A stretch of DNA of 32,000 bases. Origin: Methylorubrum extorquens. GTDB taxonomy: Bacteria > Pseudomonadota > Alphaproteobacteria > Rhizobiales > Beijerinckiaceae. A program made the translations under genes and the position numbers. Below the pieces are notes generated by a model. It had not been told where the DNA came from. It searched no databases and worked only from the letters and a program-made list of their open reading frames with translations. Below are positions 18,084 to 26,725 of this stretch, in pieces. The DNA is taken from positions 3,060,001-3,092,000 of the forward strand of contig LT962688.1 in the NCBI GenBank assembly GCA_900234795.1. The letters run 5' to 3'. How positions within the stretch are numbered: the first letter of the stretch is position 1; every line of letters begins with the position of its first letter.

Positions 18084-19391
18084 TCAATAGGCGGGGGAGA
18101 GGTTTCCGTCGCGGCCGGCCTGCTCCAGCGTGTCGCGGGCGGCGGCCAGGGCGGCAGGCGGAAGTGCCGCCTCGAGACGTGGCACAGCCCCGGCCACGGC
18201 GCGCTCGATCGCCGAGCGGGAGAAGTAGCCGCCATTGATCTGGGTGCGGTGCATGACGACCCGGAAGAAATCCTGCATCAGCGCCGCGTCGGGTGCCTGC
18301 GGGGCACCCCAGAACGTGTCGATGTCGCCCTGATGGGTCAGGCCCGGCATGTTGTAGACCGCCGAGCCGAAGGCCAGCGTCGGCCGTCCGCGTTCGAGGG
18401 CGAGCATCCCGACGGTGGAGTTTACCAGCACGACGCCGCGGCTGCCGTCGATGAGCTTGGGCAGGTCGCCGCCGTCGATGAAGTCGAGCCGGTCGTTGCA
18501 GCCGTGGCGCTTGGCCGATTGGCGGGCGCGCTTGCGCCAGTTCATGATGCCGCTGTCGAGCGGGTGCAGCTTCACCAGCAGCCGCGTCGGCGCCTGCGAA
18601 TGCTTGGCGAAGGAGGCGATCACCCGGTCCATGAAGCCCTCGACGCCGAGGAACGGCGAGTGGACGCGGATCTGGTAATCGCTGTCGAGCTGGAGCGGCA
18701 GCAGGAAGTAGTCGGCGTTGATCGCGTGGTAGATCTCGTTCACCCGCGCGGCCTCGCGGCGGGTGCGGCGGCGGCGCACGAACTTCCGGATCCAGCCGGC
18801 ATATTCGGCGGCGATGTGGTTCGGCCGGTGGGTGCGGAAACCCGGATAGAGGTACGGAAAGCCGATATTTGCGATGTTGAAGCTGATATCCCACAGGCTG
18901 CGCCGGCCCATGTCTCCGGTGAGCGGCATGGCCCGTCCGGGCTGCGGCAGCTTGCGCGCCAGTTCCCGGATCTCCTCCGCCCGCTTCGGCAGGGTCGAGT
19001 TGCCGTTCACCCCGCCGGCCTCGCACGTGATCCAGTAGGGCCGGATGTAGCCTTCCTCGAACACGTGGATGCGCACGCCCATCGGCTTGGCGACAAGCAC
19101 CGCCGCCTGATGGTAGGGCCGGCAATCGCCGAACAGCACGATGTCGGTGACGGCATGCGTGCGGATATAGGCTTCGAGATAGGCGTCCCAGCCGTCGCGC
19201 TTGCCGCGGTAGTGGTCGGCGGGAAAGGGCCAGAACAACCAGTCGCCGGCCGAGAAATTGATGCGGCGAACCCCGTGGCCGCGCTCGCGCAGGGCGTTGC
19301 CGAGGACCGAGAAGAACGGGGAGGCGATCCCCTGCAGGAACAGGAAGGTGGCGGCGCGGGGGCCTATGGCATGGGCACGAGGCTGCGTCAT
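18084..19391 (-). CDS. kpsS: Capsule biosynthesis protein KpsS (beta-Kdo transferase family)
   Basis: From ATG 19391: FLFLQGIASPFFSVLGNALRERGHGVRRINFSAGD...HYRGKRDGW...IVLFGDCRPYH...VFEEGYIRPYWITCEAGGVNGNS matches my recollection of the KpsS/Capsule_synth family. Confidence 0.85.
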   Translation of the reverse strand: MTQPRAHAIGPRAATFLFLQGIASPFFSVLGNALRERGHGVRRINFSAGDWLFWPFPADHYRGKRDGWDAYLEAYIRTHAVTDIVLFGDCRPYHQAAVLVAKPMGVRIHVFEEGYIRPYWITCEAGGVNGNSTLPKRAEEIRELARKLPQPGRAMPLTGDMGRRSLWDISFNIANIGFPYLYPGFRTHRPNHIAAEYAGWIRKFVRRRRTRREAARVNEIYHAINADYFLLPLQLDSDYQIRVHSPFLGVEGFMDRVIASFAKHSQAPTRLLVKLHPLDSGIMNWRKRARQSAKRHGCNDRLDFIDGGDLPKLIDGSRGVVLVNSTVGMLALERGRPTLAFGSAVYNMPGLTHQGDIDTFWGAPQAPDAALMQDFFRVVMHRTQINGGYFSRSAIERAVAGAVPRLEAALPPAALAAARDTLEQAGRDGNLSPAY

Positions 19392-19753
19392 TCCCAGGCG
19401 CTCTATCCCTAGTCGTGAAGCGGTGTGCGTTGCGTCATCTGGCCGAACGCCTCTCACGATAGTCCCACGAACGACAACCGCTGCGCGAGGCGACCGGGAG
19501 AATTTGCAGCCTCCGTTGCCGATCGATCACGCCACGACTGTGACGATCGGTCGAGGCACGTCTCGCGCCAGATTGCGGCTCCGTTGTGTCCGGTGCCAAT
19601 CCATCCCCGGAAAAGTGCGTTCTTCACAGCCGTGGCCGAAGCGCGCCGTACCGCCGGTTTCGGCGCATAGGAAGTTGCAGCCCATGCTCGGACCGGCCTG
19701 GGCCCAGGACGAGGCTTGGGCTATGGAGCAGGCCCCGCCATGATCGACCGGCC

Positions 19754-21703
19754 ATGACCGACCTGCGCCCCATCGAGCCGCAAGGCGATACCGGGCTGCC
19801 CCGCACCTACCTGCCGCTCGGCCGGACGGTCCGGCTTCTGCGCGCGCAGATCGAGGCGGCAACGGGCGCGTCGCTGACCTTCCGCTCCCCCGGCCCGCCG
19901 GTCCTGTGGTCGGCGACGGCAGCCGACGGCAAGGCGGTTCTGCGGGTCGCGCCGGGCCCGCTCCTCAGCCCCTACGATTCGCCGGAAACCGGCCTTTCGA
20001 GCCTTCGCCTCAGCTATGCCGGCCGGCCCCTCGGAGGCGAGCCCCCCTCCCCGGATTTCGGCGACCTTCTGCGCGCACGCGGCCTCGCCGGCTACAACCG
20101 GTTCGCCCGCTCGCTTCCAGATGGAGCGGCCTATCTCTTCTCAGGGCAAACGCGGCCTGCCCTCGCCCTGGTCGATCCGCAAACCGCCGCGTCGGGCGCG
20201 GCCCTGCGAAGCTTCCTGACGCGGCTTCTGGCCGAGAATCCGGGGACGCGCTTCGTCGCCGCCGGCCCCGACGGATGCCCGCGTGACGGCGCGCCCACCG
20301 ATCCGCGGCTCACCGTGATCGCGGACCCGGCCGATCCCTGGCTGCTGTTTCCCCTCGTGCCGCGCATCCATGTGGCGCGATGGGATGCGGCCTGCGAGGC
20401 GGCGCTGGCCAGCTTTGAGACTCATTGCCCCGACCCTGCGGCGGGTCCGCGCCCGGCGGATGCGGCGGCGTTCCTGGCGCTCCGTTACGGCATCGGCGTG
20501 CACGGCTTCGATCCGTGGACGCGCCGGCCGATCCCGCTCGCGGATGCGGTGGAGCGCGTGGCGTGGCTGCGCGACCGCTTCCTCGGCAACGACCGCCGCG
20601 TCGTCCTCGTCGGCGTGTCCGGCTGGAAGCGCGCCGCGCTCGATGTCTTCGCCACCGGGCCGGCGGGACCACCGCTCCACACCATGATTGCGGACGAGGC
20701 GGTGGCGCTCGCTCGCGCGCAGGGCGGCCGGGTTCAGGCCTGGGCGACCCGCTGCCCGGAGCAGCTCCCGCGTCTCTGCGCGGAGGCCGGCTTGCCCTTC
20801 GCGCGGATCGAGGACGGATTCCTGCGCTCGGTCGGGCTCGGCGCTAGCCTGCAGCCGGGCGCCTCCATCGTCGTGGACGATCTCGGCATCTACTACGACC
20901 CGCGGGTCGAGAGCCGGCTGGCCCGCACGCTGAAGGAAGCCGAGTTCCCGCCCGGACTGACCGCCCGCGCCGCCGCCTTGCGCGAATCGATCGTGGCGCG
21001 GCGCCTGAGCAAGTACAATGTCGGCCTCGAAGGTGTCGGCGAGGACTGGCCGACGGACCGGCGGATCGTGCTGGTGCCGGGCCAGGTCGAGGACGACGCC
21101 TCGGTGCTGACCGGATCGCCGCAGGTGCGCGGCAACCTCGCCCTGCTGCGGGCTGCCCGCGCCCGCAACCCGGACGCCTTCCTGCTCTACAAGCCGCATC
21201 CCGACGTCGAGGCCGGGTTCCGGCCCGGCGCGATCCCGGAGGAGGAGGTGCGGCGGCTCGCCGACCGTGTCGTCGGCGGCCTCTCCATTGTCGACCTGCT
21301 CGACCGTTGCCACCATGTCGAGACCATGACCTCGCTGGCGGGCTTCGAGGCGCTGATCCGCGGGCTGAGCGTCGCCGTCCACGGCCGCCCCTTCTATGCC
21401 GGCTGGGGGCTGACCGAGGATCTGGCGCTAGGGGCCGACCGCGGCCGCACATTGTCCCTCGACGCCCTGGTGGCGGGGGCGTTGATCCTCTACCCGCTCT
21501 ATCTCGATCCGGTGGCGATGAAGCCATGCACGCCCGAGCAACTGCTCGACCGGCTCAGCGAGGCTCGGGCAGCCGCGCCGCCCTCGCGTCTCGCCCTCGG
21601 CGCGGTCCGTCACGCGACGATGCGGCTGCGCTACGCCCTGATCAATCCAGTCATCCGCCGCCTGCGCGCCCGCCGCGGCGTGCGCAGTGAATCCGGCCGC
21701 TGA
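19754..21703 (+). CDS. kpsC: Capsule biosynthesis protein KpsC/LpsZ-type (two-domain beta-Kdo transferase)
   Basis: From ATG 19754. C-terminal half: ARIEDGFLRSVGLGASLQPGASIVVDDLGIYYDPRVESRLA...VLVPGQVEDDASV...LYKPHPDV...TMTSLAGFEALIRG..V.V.G.PFYAGWGLT. N-terminal half is a more divergent copy. Divergent from kpsS. Confidence 0.85.
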   Translation: MTDLRPIEPQGDTGLPRTYLPLGRTVRLLRAQIEAATGASLTFRSPGPPVLWSATAADGKAVLRVAPGPLLSPYDSPETGLSSLRLSYAGRPLGGEPPSPDFGDLLRARGLAGYNRFARSLPDGAAYLFSGQTRPALALVDPQTAASGAALRSFLTRLLAENPGTRFVAAGPDGCPRDGAPTDPRLTVIADPADPWLLFPLVPRIHVARWDAACEAALASFETHCPDPAAGPRPADAAAFLALRYGIGVHGFDPWTRRPIPLADAVERVAWLRDRFLGNDRRVVLVGVSGWKRAALDVFATGPAGPPLHTMIADEAVALARAQGGRVQAWATRCPEQLPRLCAEAGLPFARIEDGFLRSVGLGASLQPGASIVVDDLGIYYDPRVESRLARTLKEAEFPPGLTARAAALRESIVARRLSKYNVGLEGVGEDWPTDRRIVLVPGQVEDDASVLTGSPQVRGNLALLRAARARNPDAFLLYKPHPDVEAGFRPGAIPEEEVRRLADRVVGGLSIVDLLDRCHHVETMTSLAGFEALIRGLSVAVHGRPFYAGWGLTEDLALGADRGRTLSLDALVAGALILYPLYLDPVAMKPCTPEQLLDRLSEARAAAPPSRLALGAVRHATMRLRYALINPVIRRLRARRGVRSESGR

Positions 21704-21709
21704 GACAAC

Positions 21710-23179
21710 ATGAGCCTCGCGACCTATTTTGTGCCCCTCGCGGTCGCGCTGACCGGCGCCTTCGCCATCGAGTCGGCGGCCTCGCCGCAGCGCCCGAGCC
21801 TCCGGCCGGGCGATCTGGCGATCCGGGCCGCCGGCTACGCGCTGATCACGCTGTTCTGGTTCCAGTTCTCGTGGCGCCCCTGGCTCGCGGCCTCCTCCTG
21901 CCTGCTGACGCTCGCCATCCTCTCGGTGGTGGACCGGCTGAAGCGCCGGGTGATCGGTGAGCCGGTGGTGTTCAGCGACCTCGCGCTGCTCGCGCAGGTG
22001 CCGCGCCACCCGCAGCTCTACTACACCTTGCCGCTCACCGATCTGCGGATCGCCGGGCCTCTGCTGCTCGCCATCGCCACCGTTGTCGCTTGGTACGTCC
22101 TGGAACCCGCCGCATTGCCGAGCGGGACAGGCGCATCCCTCCTCGCGATCCTCGGCCTGCCGGTGGCGCTGGCGGCTCTCTCGCTCGCGGGCCTGACGCC
22201 GCTCGGGCATAGAGCCCTACGCCACTTCTTCCCGCATCCGGACCTCGCCCGCGACGTCGCCCGCTACGGGCTCGTCGCGACGATGATGGGCTACGCGCTG
22301 CGCCGCCTCGGCGAGGACGATGCGCGGCCGGTGCCGACGCGTGGCGAAGGCAGCCCCGACGACGAAATCGTCGTCGTGGTCCAGCTCGAATCCTTCCTCG
22401 ACCCCGCCCGCCTCGGCGGTCCGGATCTCCCGGTCATGGCGCGGATCCGGACGCAGGCGGCGCAGTACGGCCGCCTCACGGTCCCTGCGCACGGCGCCTA
22501 CACCATGCGCTCCGAGCACGCCGTCCTCACCGGCCTCGACCCGGAAAGCCTCGGCTTCGGCCGCTACGACCCCTACCTCGCGCGCAAGGGCGAGGAGCCG
22601 ACCAGCCTCGCCCGGCTCGCCCGCGCCGCCGGGTTCGAGACGGTGTTCGTGCACCCTTTCCACCGCGACTTCTTCGACCGGGCTCGGGTGTTTCAGCGTC
22701 TCGGCTTCGAGCGCCTCGTCATGGAAGAGGATTTCGCCGGCGCGCCTCGGATCGGACCCTATATCGGCGACGTCGCCGTCGCCGACCGCATTCTGGCGGA
22801 GGTGGCGCCGGGCCAGGGGCGCGCGAAGGACCGCACGTTCGTGTTCTCCGTCACGATGGAGAATCACGGCCCCTGGAAGCCGGGCCGACTCACCGGAATC
22901 GACGAACCGCTGGCGCAGTACCTCCACCACGTCGCCCATACCGGCCGAGCGATCGAACGGCTGATCGACGGGCTCGCCGGCCGACGGGCGACGCTCTGCG
23001 TGTTCGGCGATCATGCGCCCTCGCTGCCCGACCTCCGTCCGCCGGAATCCGGCCCGATGGCGACGGATTACGCGCTGTTCCGTTTCGGCCGGGACGGCGG
23101 CCCGCCCCCCGCCCGGATCGATCTCACCGCAGCACAGCTCGGCTGTGTCCTGCGGGACGCCGTCACCCCGAAACGTTGA
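21710..23179 (+). CDS. Membrane-anchored LtaS/sulfatase-like (alkaline-phosphatase superfamily) transferase
   Basis: About 200 aa of hydrophobic helices, then VVVVQLESFLDP (metal Glu), HGAYTMRSEHAVLTGL (Thr nucleophile context), VTMENHGPW, VFGDHAPSL. It starts 6 nt after the kpsC stop. Confidence 0.75.
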   Translation: MSLATYFVPLAVALTGAFAIESAASPQRPSLRPGDLAIRAAGYALITLFWFQFSWRPWLAASSCLLTLAILSVVDRLKRRVIGEPVVFSDLALLAQVPRHPQLYYTLPLTDLRIAGPLLLAIATVVAWYVLEPAALPSGTGASLLAILGLPVALAALSLAGLTPLGHRALRHFFPHPDLARDVARYGLVATMMGYALRRLGEDDARPVPTRGEGSPDDEIVVVVQLESFLDPARLGGPDLPVMARIRTQAAQYGRLTVPAHGAYTMRSEHAVLTGLDPESLGFGRYDPYLARKGEEPTSLARLARAAGFETVFVHPFHRDFFDRARVFQRLGFERLVMEEDFAGAPRIGPYIGDVAVADRILAEVAPGQGRAKDRTFVFSVTMENHGPWKPGRLTGIDEPLAQYLHHVAHTGRAIERLIDGLAGRRATLCVFGDHAPSLPDLRPPESGPMATDYALFRFGRDGGPPPARIDLTAAQLGCVLRDAVTPKR

Positions 23180-23376
23180 GGATTTGGGGGATAAGCGTAG
23201 CCGTGCCACGGTGGTGACGCATTGCTGCGTGAGCCCTCGCCGGCCGTCGGCGCATCGTACGCGTCAATCAAGCATTAGGCCGGGGCCCGTATTCAATGGA
23301 TCGCAGTGACTGCGTGACGATCGGAAAAGGGACGGACGTGGCTCTGCGCCCCGCCTCGACCCGGATGGAGTCTCCG

Positions 23377-24549
23377 ATGAAGTGCGCTGCGGCCCTGGCA
23401 ATCCTTGCCGCCGCCCTCGCCCTGCCGGGATGTTCGGTCCTGCCGGCCGCGGGGCCGACGACTTCGGCGATCGAGAGCGGCGCCGACGTCGCCACCGCCG
23501 AAGGCCTGTTCGCCCGCTACGAAATCATCGACATCACCCCCGCCCTCGTCGAGGCCCTGCGCACCCGTCCTCTCGACAGCCTCCTCGTCACCTTCGGCGA
23601 CCATCGCCCCTCGGTCGAGCCGGTGATCGGCGTCGGAGACTCGGTTGCGGTTCAGGTCTGGGAGGCCGGTGCCGGCGGCCTGTTCTCCGGACCGCTCGTC
23701 TCCGACCGCTTCTCGGCCGGCTCGAAGTCCGCCACGATCCCCGAGCAGGTGGTTGGGCCCGACGGCGGCATCACTGTTCCCTATGCCGGCCGGATCAAGG
23801 TCGTCGGACGCCGCACCCAGGACGTCCAGGCGCTGATCGAGACCGAACTCGCCGGCAAGGCGATCCAGCCGCAGGTGCTCGTCTCCGTCACCAAGCCGGT
23901 CTCGCAATCGGTCACCGTCTCCGGCGAAGCGGCCATGGGCAAGCGCGTGCCGCTTTCTGGCCGTGGTGACCGCCTGCTCGACGTCATCGCCCAGGCCGGC
24001 GGCGTGCGCACCCCCGTATCCGAGACTTTCGTGCGGCTGTCGCGCGGCAACCGCACCGTCACCGTGCCGATGACCACGGTGGTCTCCAACCCGCGCGAAA
24101 ACATCTTCGTGCGTCCCGACGACACGCTGACCCTGGTGCGCGATCCGCAGACCTTCCTGGCCGTGGGCGCGCTCGGCAACACCACCGAGGTGCCGTTCAC
24201 GGCGGACGGGCTGACGCTGTCGCAGGCGCTGGCGCGCGCCTCCGGCTTGCGCGAGTTCCAGGCCGATCCGGCGGGCGTGTTCATCTTCCGCTACGAACCG
24301 GCGGCGGTGGTGCGGCGGCTGCGTCCGAACTCGCCGCTGCTGGCCTCAGGGCAGGTGCCGGTGGTGTACCGAGTGAACCTGCGCGACGCGCAAGGCATGT
24401 TCCTGACCCAGAGCTTCCGCATGCGGAACCGCGACCTCGTCTACGTGTCGAGTTCGCCGTTCGCGGAGCTCGGCAAGGTGCTGAGCGTGTTCTCGACCGT
24501 AGCCTCGCCCATCGCGGCGGGCGCCTCGATCTACACTGTCACGCGGTAG
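23377..24549 (+). CDS. Wza/OPX-type polysaccharide export outer-membrane lipoprotein
   Basis: GGAG lies 6 nt upstream of ATG 23377. Lipobox MKCAAALAILAAALALPGC. Poly_export-like IGVGDSVAVQVWE and repeated SLBB-like segments (VTVSGEAAMGKRVPL..., LTLVRDP...). Confidence 0.8.
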   Translation: MKCAAALAILAAALALPGCSVLPAAGPTTSAIESGADVATAEGLFARYEIIDITPALVEALRTRPLDSLLVTFGDHRPSVEPVIGVGDSVAVQVWEAGAGGLFSGPLVSDRFSAGSKSATIPEQVVGPDGGITVPYAGRIKVVGRRTQDVQALIETELAGKAIQPQVLVSVTKPVSQSVTVSGEAAMGKRVPLSGRGDRLLDVIAQAGGVRTPVSETFVRLSRGNRTVTVPMTTVVSNPRENIFVRPDDTLTLVRDPQTFLAVGALGNTTEVPFTADGLTLSQALARASGLREFQADPAGVFIFRYEPAAVVRRLRPNSPLLASGQVPVVYRVNLRDAQGMFLTQSFRMRNRDLVYVSSSPFAELGKVLSVFSTVASPIAAGASIYTVTR

Positions 24550-24867
24550 AGCATCGTCCCGAACCGTGGCCATCGGCTTTCGCAAAAAGACGATGCAAGA
24601 ACGAAAGCCTAGCGCATCGTCCGGGTGGCGTGTGGGTGCGGATGGACCGTACACGTCCCCTTCCCTGCGAAAGTCTGCCCCGTTTCGTCGAGATCGCGAC
24701 TTGCCAAAGGCCCAGCCGGCGTCATTCCATGCAGCGAAGGTGATGTCGGATGCGCGGCCGTGCCGGCCCCGAAACGGGAGCCGATACAGGACGGCCGTCC
24801 TGACAGACGACAACGGTCCGGACCGGCAGACCTTGGCAAAGGGGCAACGGGCTGGGAAAGAGGCGCC

Positions 24868-25992
24868 ATGACGGTCCGACGCCCCCTCGCCCTCGGTTCG
24901 GCCTCGCTCGCGCTGCTGGCCGGACTCCTGCTCTCGGCTGTTCCGGCGATGGCGGAGGTCAAGGTCGGCGTCGCGGTGCCGCGCACCGGCCCCTACGTCA
25001 CCGTCGGCGCGCAAGTGCTGCGCGGCGTCGAGGCGGCGGCGCGGGACGCCAACGCGAAGGGCGGCATCAACGGCGAGCCCATCGTGCTCGACGTGCAGGA
25101 CGATTCCTGTGATTCGAATCAGGCCGTGGCGGTAGCCAACCACTACGTGAACACGGGCGTGCGGCTCGTCGTCGGCCATGTCTGCTCGAATGCGTCGCTG
25201 GCGGCCTCCGATGTCTACGCCGCCAACGGAATCGTGATGATCACCGCGGCCTCGGTCGCCGCCAAGCTGACCGACCGCGGCCTGCCGACGATCTTCCGGG
25301 TCTGCGGCCGGGACGACGACCAGGCCAAGCTCTCGGCCGCGATCCTCGCCGAGCGGTTCCGCGACCGGCGGATCGCCATCCTCAACGACCTCTCACCGGC
25401 CTCGCGCACCCTCGCGGCGGCGACGAAAGACAACCTCAACCGCATCGGCGTCAATGAGGCGATGGCTGCGGCCTTCCAGCCGAGCGATGCCGACGACGTG
25501 GCCCTCGCCGACCGGTTGAAGGCGGCGAATATCGACGTGGTCTATTACGGCGGCGACGCGCAGGAGATGGGCCGCCTGGTCCGCATCGCGGCCGAACGGG
25601 GCTTTCGCCCGCAATGGTTCGGCACCTCGGCCATCGCCACGCCGGATTTTGCCAAGATCGCCGGCCCTGCCAGCAACGGCGTGCTGATGACCTTCTATCT
25701 CGATCCGAGTCGCAAGCCGGAGGCGCAGGGCGTGGTGGCCGAGTTCAAGGCGCAGGGCGTCGAGGCGGACGGCTCGATGATCTACGGCTATGCCGCGCTT
25801 CAGGCGTTGGTGGAGGCCGGCAACTTCGCCCACAGCACGGAGCCCGCGGCGATCGCCAAGGCCCTGCACGGCGAGCGCTTCGATCTGGTGCTCGGCCCCG
25901 TCGGCTTCGATGCCAAGGGCGACATCACCGCCCAGGGCTACGTGCTCTACGTCTGGCGCGACGGCAACTTCACGCCGGCCAAATCGAACTGA
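24868..25992 (+). CDS. LivK-type (branched-chain amino acid family) ABC transporter periplasmic binding protein, orphan
   Basis: GGGAAAGAGG lies upstream of ATG 24868. Signal peptide LALLAGLLLSAVPAMA. VKVGVAVPRTGPYVTVGAQVLRGVEAAARDANAKGGINGEPIVLDVQDDSCD... No permease or ATPase genes are adjacent. Confidence 0.85.
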   Translation: MTVRRPLALGSASLALLAGLLLSAVPAMAEVKVGVAVPRTGPYVTVGAQVLRGVEAAARDANAKGGINGEPIVLDVQDDSCDSNQAVAVANHYVNTGVRLVVGHVCSNASLAASDVYAANGIVMITAASVAAKLTDRGLPTIFRVCGRDDDQAKLSAAILAERFRDRRIAILNDLSPASRTLAAATKDNLNRIGVNEAMAAAFQPSDADDVALADRLKAANIDVVYYGGDAQEMGRLVRIAAERGFRPQWFGTSAIATPDFAKIAGPASNGVLMTFYLDPSRKPEAQGVVAEFKAQGVEADGSMIYGYAALQALVEAGNFAHSTEPAAIAKALHGERFDLVLGPVGFDAKGDITAQGYVLYVWRDGNFTPAKSN

Positions 25993-26015
25993 GCAAATCA
26001 AACTGAGGCGGAACG

Positions 26016-26591
26016 TCAGTCCCGCAGCGCCGCATCCACCTCAGCGCCGCGGCCGAGGTCGCGCATCACCCCATCGAGATGCGGGCGCTTGCGCAGTTGC
26101 AGCGCGTGCAGGCGGCGCACCGCCTCGCTGAGGCTGCCCTGCCGCCCCAGCATCTCGTCGGCAAACGCGATCATGCGCGCGTTCGGCCACGCCTTCTCCC
26201 GCTGGGCGTGGAGACGGGCGATGAGGTCCTGCGCCGGCGTGTCGGGCTCGGCCTCGGCGAACAGGGTCGCGAGCGCCGCGGTCGAGCGCGAGATGCCGAC
26301 ATGGCAATGGACGAGGATGTGGATCTCGCCGCCATCGGCGATGGCGTCGCGGCCGAAGGCGAGGATCTTCTCGACGTCCTCGCGCTCCGGCAGGACGACG
26401 CCCGGTGCCGGCTCGATGGCGTCATGGAAGCGCAGGATGGTGCGCCGGTGGGTGCCGTAGGCGCCGAACGCCTCCGGGTCCGCCCGATCGGGATCGAGGA
26501 TCGACAGGACGTGGCTGACGCCGCGGGTCTGATGCTCGACGAGTTCGTCGAGGCCGCAGACGGTGTGGAGGTGGAGCTTTTCGGTGTTCAC
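26016..26591 (-). CDS. Cys-based protein-tyrosine/dual-specificity phosphatase-family protein
   Basis: CX5R P-loop HCHVGISRS. The N-terminus LHLHTVCGLDELVEHQ...HVLSILDP is typical of small bacterial PTP-fold proteins. Proposed GTG start at 26591; the longer ORF to 27032 is Arg/Pro-rich and overlaps the divergent gene. Confidence 0.7.
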   Translation of the reverse strand: MNTEKLHLHTVCGLDELVEHQTRGVSHVLSILDPDRADPEAFGAYGTHRRTILRFHDAIEPAPGVVLPEREDVEKILAFGRDAIADGGEIHILVHCHVGISRSTAALATLFAEAEPDTPAQDLIARLHAQREKAWPNARMIAFADEMLGRQGSLSEAVRRLHALQLRKRPHLDGVMRDLGRGAEVDAALRD

Positions 26592-26725
26592 GCCGAGCCT
26601 GCTATCACGCCGCGCCGCGCGAGGCGACGGGGCCTGCCCCGGTTTCCCGATGGCCGGCTTCACGTGTATGGCAACGGTCTGCCCAAGGAAGGGCGGCCGA
26701 GCGATCGGGACGAGCCGGGAGATCC

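Noticed and set aside
18027-18096. Possible KpsS-SDR fusion protein if both the G5 run (18092-18096) and the G4 run (18031-18034) each carried an extra G.
   Set aside because: It requires two simultaneous, unsupported edits. The resulting linker (SPPIDRRPSTRSRPGSSAERPPS) is what any GC-rich frame would give. As given, KpsS has a clean stop. I kept only the observation that the SDR lacks a canonical start.
24787-24824. Perfect palindromes CAGGACGGCCGTCCTG (24787-24802) and CGGTCCGGACCG (24813-24824) upstream of the LivK-like gene; also CCTGGGCCCAGG (19697-19708) and CCGGGCGaCGCCCGG (28171-28185).
   Set aside because: Short GC-only palindromes are frequent by chance at this base composition. 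They match no known operator consensus, and no repetition was seen elsewhere in the window.
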